Source of the DNA: Arenicellales bacterium
GTDB taxonomy: Bacteria > Pseudomonadota > Gammaproteobacteria > Arenicellales > JAJDZL01
Direction of reading: 5' to 3'
Length of the DNA: 64,000 nucleotides
Assembly (NCBI GenBank): GCA_965116205.1
Contig: OZ220493.1
Span: forward strand, 1,412,510 to 1,476,509
Positions 1 through 8,893 of this stretch are shown piece after piece; positions within the stretch are counted from its first letter, which is position 1; each line of letters begins with the position of its first letter. A program made the position numbers and the translations under genes. The notes beneath the pieces were generated by a model, which was not told the DNA's origin, did not search any database, and worked only from the letters and a program-made list of their open reading frames with translations.

Positions 1-2
1 TG

Positions 3-653
3 ATCAGTTATGATCTTCGCAGTCACGGACAGGCACCGTTAACGGCGGTCGATTATGGGCTTGCGGAGTTGGTCGATGATCTTGAATGTGTTCGTGAACG
101 AAGCGGCGTGAAAAAGGCACATTTTGTCGGACACTCGCTTGGCGGTATGATCGGCCCCGCCTATGCGCGCAAGTTTCCACAGCGAGTTCTGTCACTTGCG
201 CTACTGTCGACGGCAGCCGGCCGTAGTGCCGATGATCGTCAAAAAGTCTGGAATGTGGTACATTCAATGGAGCAGGAAGGGGTTGCGAATCGACTCAAGA
301 CGCTGACAACCCGATGGTTCACTGATGAGTTCATTGCGCAGCATCCAGACATAGTTGATGCGCGTCTCAAGCAGATCATTGACATGGATGTCGCCAACTT
401 CCTCAACGTTTTCAAAATTTATGCCGGTACGGAAATGATGCCGTGGCTACATGAAATCAACGTACCAACGTTGGTTTTGACCGGTGAAAACGATGGTGGA
501 TGTAGTCCGCGGCTCAATCAAATGATCGTCGAGCGGATGCCGGATGCGGAACTTGTTATTCTGCCGCACTACAAGCACGCGATACTGCTTGAGGCCGGGC
601 GCGAGGTGGCCGAGCAGATTGTCAAGTTCATTGACCGGCGATTTTCCCGATAA
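3..653 (+). CDS. alpha/beta-fold hydrolase, 5' end cut by window edge
   Basis: The frame stays open from nt 3 (ISYDLRSHGQAPL...), upstream of the tracked ATG at 69. Nucleophile elbow GHSLGG; C-terminal His region HYKHAILLE; stop at 651-653. Confidence 0.8.
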   Translation: MSYDLRSHGQAPLTAVDYGLAELVDDLECVRERSGVKKAHFVGHSLGGMIGPAYARKFPQRVLSLALLSTAAGRSADDRQKVWNVVHSMEQEGVANRLKTLTTRWFTDEFIAQHPDIVDARLKQIIDMDVANFLNVFKIYAGTEMMPWLHEINVPTLVLTGENDGGCSPRLNQMIVERMPDAELVILPHYKHAILLEAGREVAEQIVKFIDRRFSR

Positions 654-680
654 ATCACTGTTACAATTGAGAAGGTCTCA

Positions 681-1721
681 ATGATCAGGACGCTTAATTC
701 AAACTGGTATGTTGATCCAACGATTTATCAGCAAGAACGGGAGCGCATTTTTCGGCCCAGTTGGTGGTTAGTAGGCCCCGCTCATTGGGTCGCCAAGTCG
801 GGGGATTATCTGTGCGATCGGATCTGTGGTTGGCCGGTGTTTGTCTTGCGTTCTCAAGATGGAGTGTTGCGTGCTTTCTTGAATGTCTGTCGCCACCGGG
901 GTGCTAGTCTTTTAGAAGAAGGCAATGGTACAGCTACCACTACAATCCGGTGTCCCTACCATGGCTGGCTTTATGATGATAAGGGTCGGTTGCAGAACGC
1001 TCCGCGTTTTGGTGAACAGCTGAACCATGAGGCTGACATGTTAGCGCTGAAAAAGATTGATGTTCACTTGTGGAATGGATTGGTATTCGTCAAAGTTGGA
1101 TGGGACCAAGGCGAGAATTTTGATGATTGGTTGGGTGATGTGGACCATTTATGTGCTAATTTTCCCGGTCCCGCTGATCTTGATTACCACGACACCTTCA
1201 CCGTTGCAGGGCAACTCAACTGGAAGACCTACTGTGACAACACCGTCGAAGGGTATCACCTGAATCAGATTCACCCACGCTTGGGCAAGGCTTTGGCCGG
1301 TGGTAGGGTGCAGTTATTTTCCGTCAATGAAGGACGTTCAGTGGTATTCGATGTGACGCATGGTGCGAGCGGCGAAGCGCAGATCGCGAGAGGTAGTCAG
1401 GGGCTGTGGGTTTATCATTTTCCTGGATTGCAGTTGGTACTGGGTGAAAAGATCTTCAAAGCGGAGAGAGTTGAACCGCAAAGCCACCAAGACGTTCGTT
1501 CAAGAAACTGGGCTTGGTACGGTGGACTGGATGAAGCGGCGCGACATGACGCTTTTGCATGGGGTCGACAGATCGTTGAAGAGGATTTCGGCATCTGTTC
1601 GAAGGTGACGGAAAATATGCGTGCCGGTGTTTATTCACCGGGCCCGCTTTCACCAGCCATGGAAAAGCACGTGGCGCAATTTCAACAACTTGTCAAAGAC
1701 ATCCTGTTGAACGACGGATAG
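681..1721 (+). CDS. Rieske [2Fe-2S] non-heme iron oxygenase alpha-subunit-like protein
   Basis: 346-aa ORF. Rieske motif CRHRG...CPYHGW; mononuclear iron motif-like NTVEGYHLNQIHP. It starts 27 nt after the hydrolase stop, so the two are probably co-transcribed. Confidence 0.8.
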   Translation: MIRTLNSNWYVDPTIYQQERERIFRPSWWLVGPAHWVAKSGDYLCDRICGWPVFVLRSQDGVLRAFLNVCRHRGASLLEEGNGTATTTIRCPYHGWLYDDKGRLQNAPRFGEQLNHEADMLALKKIDVHLWNGLVFVKVGWDQGENFDDWLGDVDHLCANFPGPADLDYHDTFTVAGQLNWKTYCDNTVEGYHLNQIHPRLGKALAGGRVQLFSVNEGRSVVFDVTHGASGEAQIARGSQGLWVYHFPGLQLVLGEKIFKAERVEPQSHQDVRSRNWAWYGGLDEAARHDAFAWGRQIVEEDFGICSKVTENMRAGVYSPGPLSPAMEKHVAQFQQLVKDILLNDG

Positions 1722-1751
1722 CAGTCGGTGAATGGACTTCGTCATATATTG

Positions 1752-2498
1752 CTAGCGGCCGCCGGTGGCATCCAGTATCGTACCGGTGCAGTAGGAAGAC
1801 TTATCCGAAAGTAGCCACAGAATCGCTTCGGCAATTTCCTCCGGCTGGCCAACTCGTTGCATGGCAATGGTGTCTTTCAATTGCGCAAATCGCGTTTCCC
1901 CACCCACACTGTCATGCATTTCGGTCTGAATGAATCCCGCCCGGACCGCATTGACGCGAATGCCCTGTTCGGCGACTTCCTTGGCCAGGCCAATGGTCAA
2001 CGTATCAATCGCCGCTTTTGATGCGGCATAGTCGACGTAGTCATTGGCCGCACCGATGCGCGCCGCGCCAGAGGTCAGGTTGATGATTGACCCGCCGCGC
2101 CCGCCATGCGCGGTTGACATTCGGTGAATGGCCTCGCGGGAACAAATAAAAGGTCCGACGACATTGACATCGAAAATTCGCCGAATGCGTTGCGCATTCA
2201 TGGATTCCACGCGTGTCAGGGGCGCAAGAATGCCGGCGTTATTAACCAGTGCATCAAGCGTGCCGAGACGAGAGTCAATCTCACCGAACATTCGAGCAAC
2301 CTGCCGTTCATCAGCAACATCGGCCTGCGCAGCAAGCGCGATACCACCGGCAGCTTGAATTTCTGCCACGACTGCTTCAGCGCGGTCCCGGTGGGTTGCA
2401 TAATTGACAACGACGCTGAATCCGTTCGCCGCGGCTTTAATGGCGGTGGCGGCGCCGATGCCGCGACTGCCGCCGGTAACCAGTATGACCTTGCTCAT
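1752..2498 (-). CDS. short-chain dehydrogenase/reductase (SDR) family oxidoreductase
   Basis: 248 aa. Cofactor motif TGGSRGIG, NNAG, catalytic YAASK. Confidence 0.9.
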   Translation of the reverse strand: MSKVILVTGGSRGIGAATAIKAAANGFSVVVNYATHRDRAEAVVAEIQAAGGIALAAQADVADERQVARMFGEIDSRLGTLDALVNNAGILAPLTRVESMNAQRIRRIFDVNVVGPFICSREAIHRMSTAHGGRGGSIINLTSGAARIGAANDYVDYAASKAAIDTLTIGLAKEVAEQGIRVNAVRAGFIQTEMHDSVGGETRFAQLKDTIAMQRVGQPEEIAEAILWLLSDKSSYCTGTILDATGGR

Positions 2499-2985
2499 TC
2501 TAATTCTCTATTGTGTGTCTGAAAGTTGTCGAGTGAATTCATTGACAAACATTGAAAAATTCCAGAACTTGAATGACTATCACGTTACTCGTGAAAACAG
2601 CCTCGCGCGGCACTCGCTATGCAGTAGTTGGCGCCTATGCATCGTGTCAGTTGGAGGCTTTCGAGTCGCTTTTCAACCACCGGCACCAGTTGCTAGACAT
2701 GCACTACCGCCGCACCCATGTCGCAATGTTGAACCCCATTGATGCCGAGACATACGCGGAGATTTAACATTCCTATTCAATATGCTACTTCATATTGGTG
2801 GTGACCTAGGAGCAGTTTGATGATTCTTTCAGTCATTGAGTAGCATCTCCAAAATCTCCCAACATATTATCACCGAATAAACGATATACTAACAACTCAG
2901 GGATTCACAAAGGATTCTGGAAAATCTAGAACATTTTGAGTGAACATCTCAACTGCTTGAGAAATTTAAGTTCCTGCTGTAACCA

Positions 2986-5985
2986 GTGATGACTACGCCG
3001 ACTATTTTTGAGACTTGCCGCCCGCGCGAAGATGTGTTGCAGGGGAAAGTTGCAGAAGCCGATTTTGCGGCGGACTTAGCGCAGGTGATGGTTGGCGAAG
3101 GTGCGCAAAATTATACAAATCCTGATCAATTTTTCGCCAACACCTATCCAACGCGTGGATTGAAAAACCTTTTGGCAAACGTCTGTAGTCGGTTAAGTGG
3201 TAGAGGTAGTGAAGTTGCGTCGATCTTCCGCCTTGATACGTCTTATGGTGGAGGCAAGTCCCATGGCTTAATTGCACTGTGTCATGTTGCTCGCAGCGGT
3301 TCAGAAATCTTTGGGATTGAGGAGTTTGTCGATCCAGAACTCATGCCTCGTCAATCCGTACGTATCGCTGCTTTCGATGGAGAAAATGCTGACCCGACCA
3401 ATGGCCGTCGCATGCTAGAAGGGCATTTAGCTTTCACTCCTTGGGGTGAAATTGCCTTTGCACTCGCAGGTGTCGAGGGATATGAGCGAGTACGAAAGAG
3501 TGATGAAAATCGGGTGGCTCCAGGCGCTGAGACGTTGCGCGAATTGTTTGGTGGCCAGCCAACACTGATCCTACTGGACGAGTTATCGGTCTACTTGCGT
3601 AAAGTCAGCAAAGATATTAATGCTCGAGAACAATTGACAGCCTTCCTGACTTCTCTGTTCAAGGCTGTAGAAAGTACAAACAATGCCGCGCTTGTTTTCA
3701 CGCTGGCTATTGGCAAAGATGGAATAGCGAAAGACGCCTATAGTGACGAGAATCAATTTATTGCCGACCAGATGGCAGAAGCAGAGAGTGTGTCAGCGCG
3801 CAAAGCAACGCTACTTAATCCAACAGAAGAAGATGAAACCATTCAAGTCGTTCGTCGTCGTTTATTTGAGTCAATTGATGAGACTGCGGCGGTTGCTGTT
3901 GGAAAGTCCTATCGAACGCTGTGGGAATCCCAGAAAGACTCCTTGCCAGAAATCGCTACTCGCCCCGAGTCCAGTGAAGCCTTCCGTTTGAGTTATCCCC
4001 TCCACCCCGAAGTTCTGGAGACCCTGACATCGAAGACCGCCACACTTGGTAAATTTCAACGAGTGCGCGGTATGCTGAGGTTACTGGCACATACGGTGGG
4101 TCAGCTTTGGGCAGAGCAACCGACCGACGCGACAGCAATTCATCTACACCATATTGACCTCGGCTACGAACCGGTCAGACAGGAGCTTGTAACTCGCCTC
4201 GAACAATCGCGATTTGTGCCAGCAATTTCCAATGACGTGTCTGCCGGGCAAGTCGATAAAACAGCATTGGCGCAGGAAATTGACAAAGATAATCATCAAG
4301 GTTTGCCACCCTATGCCTCTTATGTGGCACGCACGATCTTTATGCACACCTTAGCGTTCAACGAACCTCTGAAAGGAGTATCACCGGAACAACTGCGATA
4401 CTCAATACTGGGCCCCTTGACGGACATTAGCTTTATTGAAGAAGCGCGTAAGAAGTTTATCGTTGAATCCGCCTATCTTGATGACCGCCCCGGTGCACCG
4501 ATGAGTTTTTTGGCTGAGGCTAATTTAACTCAGATGATTCGACGAACAGAGGAACATGTAGATGCGGGGGAAGTGCGGGCTGAATTAAACGACCGAATTC
4601 GAGAAATATTTCGTGGTAAGACGTTGGATGTTGTAGCTTTTCCAGGTGGACCGTTTGATGTGACAGATGATATTGCTGATGGACGTCCGAAGTTGGTTGT
4701 TATCGGATATGATGCCTTGGCCATTTCGACTGCAGTCAATTCTGTGCCAGAGTTGGTCGGGAAAATTTATGAGAAGAAGGGGTCAACAGGGTCTGAAACC
4801 CGCTTACTTCGTAATCACTTGATCTTTGTGGTTGCCGATGAAGAGCTTAAAAAAACGATGCAACGTAAGACTTATCGTAAGTTGGCATTAAGGGAGATGG
4901 TTAAACCAGACCGCTTAACTGAACTTGCAGATTATCAACAGTTTCAACTACGTGAACTCGAGGCAAAATCGGAGCAGGAGTTGGCCCTGACTATTCAACA
5001 ATGCTACCGCCATGTGTTCTACCCATCTCGCAATCATATTGGCACTAGTAACGTCGACCTAGCGCATACCACTCTTGACATCTACTCTACCTCCGACAAA
5101 CCGGGCATGGGACAGCAACAAGTTGTACGAGTTTTACGAGACCTGAATAAGCTTCGTCTATCCGAAGACGAACCCGATTCACCATCTTATGTACGCGACC
5201 GGACACCGCTTAAGAAAGGACATATTTCAGTATTCTCGTTGCGAAACGAGTTTCGTCGTGATCCTGCCCTGCCAATGCTGGTTGGTGACGATATCTTTGT
5301 TCGTGGTGTAAGAAGGGGCATTCAACAGAGAGAATATGTTTATCAGCGAGACAAATTACTGTGTGGACCTGGTGAACCCGATGTCACTATTGAGATTGAC
5401 GAGCAATCAATGATTTTGACGATGTCGTATGCTAAGAACAAAGGGATATGGCCAAGACAGGCGCTCCCCGAAAATGGTGATAACGGCAGTCAAGAAGAAG
5501 GCGAGACTGACGGTGGTGGGGATGGCGGGGAAGACCCCACCGAAAAGGAATCATTCACTGCCGAAGGAATACTTCGGGAGGCACTTGTGCAGGTTTGGGA
5601 GCAGGTTCGCGCCAAGAAGGTGAAAATCATCAGAACATTGAATGTGCGCATGTTTGAGCCGAAAGAAGCGCTCCGTTTCATCAACACAGTCCAGTCTGTT
5701 TCTGGCGCAGGCCGAAAAGTCACTGTTATCGGCGGCTACAAAACCCGCGCTGGTGGATGTCTTCGCTTGGAATTTCAGGGGGCGGTAGAGGACGCACAAC
5801 CACTGCAGGAATTTTTGATCTCACAGTTGCGAGAAGCCGATTCTGTTGACTTTGATGTGGGTTTTGAATTATCGTTCAAAGATGGTCTGTTGATGGATAG
5901 TGACAGAGTGGAAGAGCTGACTAAACATCTATGCCGATTCGCGGAAGACAGTGCGGCTTATGTAAAGGCCGAACAAGACAATTGA
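2986..5985 (+). CDS. DUF499-like P-loop ATPase, first gene of the defence-type operon
   Basis: 999-aa ORF (GTG 2986 or ATG 2989). The N-terminus (CRPREDVLQG..ADFAADLAQV..FFANTYPT.GLKNLL) is typical of DUF499 as I recall it. Walker-A-like SYGGGKSHG and Walker-B-like LILLDEL. Confidence 0.75.
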   Translation: MMTTPTIFETCRPREDVLQGKVAEADFAADLAQVMVGEGAQNYTNPDQFFANTYPTRGLKNLLANVCSRLSGRGSEVASIFRLDTSYGGGKSHGLIALCHVARSGSEIFGIEEFVDPELMPRQSVRIAAFDGENADPTNGRRMLEGHLAFTPWGEIAFALAGVEGYERVRKSDENRVAPGAETLRELFGGQPTLILLDELSVYLRKVSKDINAREQLTAFLTSLFKAVESTNNAALVFTLAIGKDGIAKDAYSDENQFIADQMAEAESVSARKATLLNPTEEDETIQVVRRRLFESIDETAAVAVGKSYRTLWESQKDSLPEIATRPESSEAFRLSYPLHPEVLETLTSKTATLGKFQRVRGMLRLLAHTVGQLWAEQPTDATAIHLHHIDLGYEPVRQELVTRLEQSRFVPAISNDVSAGQVDKTALAQEIDKDNHQGLPPYASYVARTIFMHTLAFNEPLKGVSPEQLRYSILGPLTDISFIEEARKKFIVESAYLDDRPGAPMSFLAEANLTQMIRRTEEHVDAGEVRAELNDRIREIFRGKTLDVVAFPGGPFDVTDDIADGRPKLVVIGYDALAISTAVNSVPELVGKIYEKKGSTGSETRLLRNHLIFVVADEELKKTMQRKTYRKLALREMVKPDRLTELADYQQFQLRELEAKSEQELALTIQQCYRHVFYPSRNHIGTSNVDLAHTTLDIYSTSDKPGMGQQQVVRVLRDLNKLRLSEDEPDSPSYVRDRTPLKKGHISVFSLRNEFRRDPALPMLVGDDIFVRGVRRGIQQREYVYQRDKLLCGPGEPDVTIEIDEQSMILTMSYAKNKGIWPRQALPENGDNGSQEEGETDGGGDGGEDPTEKESFTAEGILREALVQVWEQVRAKKVKIIRTLNVRMFEPKEALRFINTVQSVSGAGRKVTVIGGYKTRAGGCLRLEFQGAVEDAQPLQEFLISQLREADSVDFDVGFELSFKDGLLMDSDRVEELTKHLCRFAEDSAAYVKAEQDN

Positions 5986-5993
5986 AGGAATAG

Positions 5994-6473
5994 ATGTCTC
6001 GCTTGATACGATTAAGGAAAGTTGAAAAATCTGCTGCCGTACCTCATTACGAACTGCGGGTGTGTCATCATGGGCCGGCGGATTTCAATTACGAAATATG
6101 GCAATTACCAACTGTCGCTTCACCGCACCTGAAGTGTGCGTTACGAGTTGCTGGACTACGAGGTCGCAATCTTGAGTTGGTGGAGCATCGAATTCTGAAA
6201 CGGCTTTCTCAATCTGGTGTTAAATTAGTAAGACATACCGATAGTGATACACGGGGTTACACTTTGACTGAAGATTTGGCATTGATTCTAGGGCTTCTAT
6301 TCCGTACGTTGGCTCCGATGCGCAACAGAGATAATATGCGCGCGGTAGCAGAAGGTATTGAGGCGATGAGTCGCGAAGAGACTGCATACTGGCTTGGCAT
6401 GGCGATGCACCGAAAACACCCTAGAAGAGTATTGACTGCGTTGCGATGGCTACTAACCGCTCCCAGAAAATAA
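5994..6473 (+). CDS. small operon protein of unknown function (possibly the DUF3780-type partner of DUF499; unverified)
   Basis: 159 aa. SD AAGGAA precedes the ATG, which lies 8 nt after the upstream stop. No motif recognised; the position matches the small gene often found beside DUF499. Confidence 0.5.
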   Translation: MSRLIRLRKVEKSAAVPHYELRVCHHGPADFNYEIWQLPTVASPHLKCALRVAGLRGRNLELVEHRILKRLSQSGVKLVRHTDSDTRGYTLTEDLALILGLLFRTLAPMRNRDNMRAVAEGIEAMSREETAYWLGMAMHRKHPRRVLTALRWLLTAPRK

Positions 6474-6483
6474 ACAGAGGCTT

Positions 6484-7200
6484 ATGGTGAGAATTGAACC
6501 AGAAATCAGTGGTGTCAGTATTGTGTTGTTGGGAGATTTCAATCCGGCAATATTCACCCCCGCTTGGTTTGCACTTCATGGCCTACTAACTGAGCAAGCG
6601 GCAAATAGTGCGAATTTACAAATCGCCCATCCTGATCTAACCATTTTTTCGACTGAGTGGGTTGAACTTTCGATTCAACGGAATCACTTCCAAGCGAGTA
6701 CCCAAAGAGAGCCCTACATTCGAGTATGTGATCTCTTAGTTCGCGTGTTCAAGGAGCATTTGTACCATACCCCAATTAAAGCATTCGGTATCAATCGTGA
6801 AGTTCACTTTCGAGTAAAAAACCAAGTTGAGCGAGACAACATTGGCAAATTGTTGGCACCTATTGAGCCATGGGGACCGTGGAAGGATGAACTCAAATTT
6901 GACGATGTCTACGGAGGAATGACTTCGCTGACAATGTCTCAGAATCGTCTTCCAGATCGTCCGCAGGGCAGTATTAACATAACCGTCGAACCATCATTGC
7001 GTATTGCGGATATGCAGTCTGGAATTTATGTCAGAATAAACGATCACTACGCGATAGAAAGTACTGATACTGAGGGGCAGGTAAAATCAATTAAATTTCT
7101 AGAAGATCGTTTTGAGGAATCTATCAAACGCAGCGATGGCATCGTTGATCATGTCATGTCCCTTTCGCAGAAAAAAGGAGAAGTTAATGAGTCAATCTAG
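6484..7200 (+). CDS. hypothetical protein (orphan, operon-embedded)
   Basis: 238-aa ORF starting 10 nt after the upstream stop, with GAGG upstream of the ATG. No recognisable catalytic motif. Confidence 0.55.
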   Translation: MVRIEPEISGVSIVLLGDFNPAIFTPAWFALHGLLTEQAANSANLQIAHPDLTIFSTEWVELSIQRNHFQASTQREPYIRVCDLLVRVFKEHLYHTPIKAFGINREVHFRVKNQVERDNIGKLLAPIEPWGPWKDELKFDDVYGGMTSLTMSQNRLPDRPQGSINITVEPSLRIADMQSGIYVRINDHYAIESTDTEGQVKSIKFLEDRFEESIKRSDGIVDHVMSLSQKKGEVNESI

Positions 7201-7798
7201 TCAAACCATAGAAATTGAGAACTTAAATACGTCGGTACATGGAGACAGTATAGAAAGAAAAAACTCTTTACCGTATCTTCTATCAAGTGCCGAAAACGAA
7301 ATCAAACGTGTATTGACACCAGTTAACTCTTCAAAGACAAGTAATTTACCGACAAATACCACAGCCACTGTAATTCAGCCCAATCCTTCCGAAAACTACG
7401 TTTGGAAAAAAGGCATCTCTGCACCGATCATAGAACTTCCGTTGCCCAAGACACCTGTCCGACCAAAAACTACTTTTCGAGCATTGCAAGAGTGGGAAGG
7501 ATATGTAGTCAGTATTGAAGAAGATGAGTTCGTGGCTCGTCTGATAGATATAACAGCCGGTGCCACATGTGAAACCGAAGAAGCGATAATTCCACTGAAA
7601 GAAATTTCCGATAATGATGTGGCCAATTTGGAGATCGGTAGCAAATTTCGTTGGGTAATTGGTTACGAGCAATCACCCGAGGGGACGCGAAAACGGATAT
7701 CTGAGATCATCTTCCGCGATCTTCCGAGAATAACTGAAAGCGACTTGCAAGCGGGTAGAGAGTGGGCTAAAAAGATAATTGCGGCTTTCACATCGTGA
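7187..7798 (+). CDS. hypothetical protein (S/T/N/P-rich N-half, compact C-terminal domain)
   Basis: I prefer the internal ATG at 7187 (SD AAGGAG at 7175-7180, 6 nt upstream) to the tracked 7112. It overlaps the upstream gene by 14 nt. 203 aa, no motif recognised. Confidence 0.5.
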   Translation: MSQSSQTIEIENLNTSVHGDSIERKNSLPYLLSSAENEIKRVLTPVNSSKTSNLPTNTTATVIQPNPSENYVWKKGISAPIIELPLPKTPVRPKTTFRALQEWEGYVVSIEEDEFVARLIDITAGATCETEEAIIPLKEISDNDVANLEIGSKFRWVIGYEQSPEGTRKRISEIIFRDLPRITESDLQAGREWAKKIIAAFTS

Positions 7799-8886
7799 CT
7801 GAAGCAAAAAAGCAACCAGGAAAAAGAGAGTTCGAGTTGACGCTTATTGGACCTGGTTACGGCGAGAGCATCATTCTGCATGTTGGCAACAACGTGTGGG
7901 TTGTCGTTGATTCCTGTTCTGACCCTACTGAAAAGGTGGGTGCTCTGCACTACTTAAAGAGTATTGGTGTCAACCCGAAACACAAAATTGCTCTGATCGT
8001 AGCGACGCACTGGCACGACGATCACATACGCGGAATGGCTGATTTGGTTGAACTTTGCCATCACGCAGAATTTTGCTGCTCAAATTCTCTTTGTTGTGAG
8101 GAGTTTCTGACATTGTTGGGAACGTTTGAAGGTCGAGAAGTTTCTCCAACCAAACATGGATTGAAGCAACTCCATAGTGTGTTTTCTCAATTAGAACAAC
8201 TCGGAAAGAAACCAATATTTGCATCGGCTAATCGAGTTATATTCGAGAGAGATGCATGCACCATCAAGTCGCTATCACCAGGAGACGATACATACCTGAG
8301 TTTTTTGAATTCTATACGACGATTAATCCCTCAACATGGTGAAAACAAGACACAGATTCCTAGCCTATCGCCTAACAAGACTTCGGTCGTACTATGGATT
8401 GAGTGCGGTGAATGTACAGTGCTTCTAGGAGCTGATCTAGAACGTCAGGGGTGGACAACTATACTGACGAATTCGGTACGTCCCAAAGGTGCAGCTTCGG
8501 TTTTTAAGATTCCTCATCACGGTTCGAAAAACGCGGATGAACCTGAAGTATGGAATCGAATGCTCGAAAAAAAACCTTTCGCGGTAGTTGCACCCTGGCA
8601 ACAAGGAGGATGGTCTCGTTTTCGGCCAACTATTTGCGATGTTAAGCGTATTTTGGAGTTTACTCCAAATGCCTGGATTACAACAAGTAAAGGGACATAT
8701 CATCAATCCAAACCAAAACACAAGAATGCTACCGTACAACGAACCTTACGCGAAAGCGGTACGAAGATTCAACCTCTGGTAGGTGATAGAGGGATGGTAC
8801 GGTTGCGTCGTTCAATAGACTCAATTGATACTTGGAAAGTAGAGAAGTTTGGAGAAGCCTGCCATCTCTCTGACTACGTGGTTTGA
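7795..8886 (+). CDS. metallo-beta-lactamase-fold hydrolase, ComEC/Rec2-like subtype (candidate nuclease)
   Basis: 363 aa. MBL motif ATHWHDDH; downstream VLLGADLE...FKIPHHGSKNA is typical of ComEC-type MBL domains. The GTG start overlaps the upstream stop (GTGA, 7795-7798). Confidence 0.75.
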   Translation: MTEAKKQPGKREFELTLIGPGYGESIILHVGNNVWVVVDSCSDPTEKVGALHYLKSIGVNPKHKIALIVATHWHDDHIRGMADLVELCHHAEFCCSNSLCCEEFLTLLGTFEGREVSPTKHGLKQLHSVFSQLEQLGKKPIFASANRVIFERDACTIKSLSPGDDTYLSFLNSIRRLIPQHGENKTQIPSLSPNKTSVVLWIECGECTVLLGADLERQGWTTILTNSVRPKGAASVFKIPHHGSKNADEPEVWNRMLEKKPFAVVAPWQQGGWSRFRPTICDVKRILEFTPNAWITTSKGTYHQSKPKHKNATVQRTLRESGTKIQPLVGDRGMVRLRRSIDSIDTWKVEKFGEACHLSDYVV

Positions 8887-8893
8887 TATACCC

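Noticed and set aside
7112-8893. Longest-ORF starts from the track: 7112 for the 203-aa protein and 8849 for the methylase.
   Set aside because: The 7112 start overlaps the upstream gene by 89 nt, and the 8849 start overlaps its upstream gene by 38 nt. Both starts lack an SD. The internal ATGs at 7187 (SD AAGGAG) and 8894 (giving the typical MSDKRLIEDWLPIEELG N-terminus) fit better.
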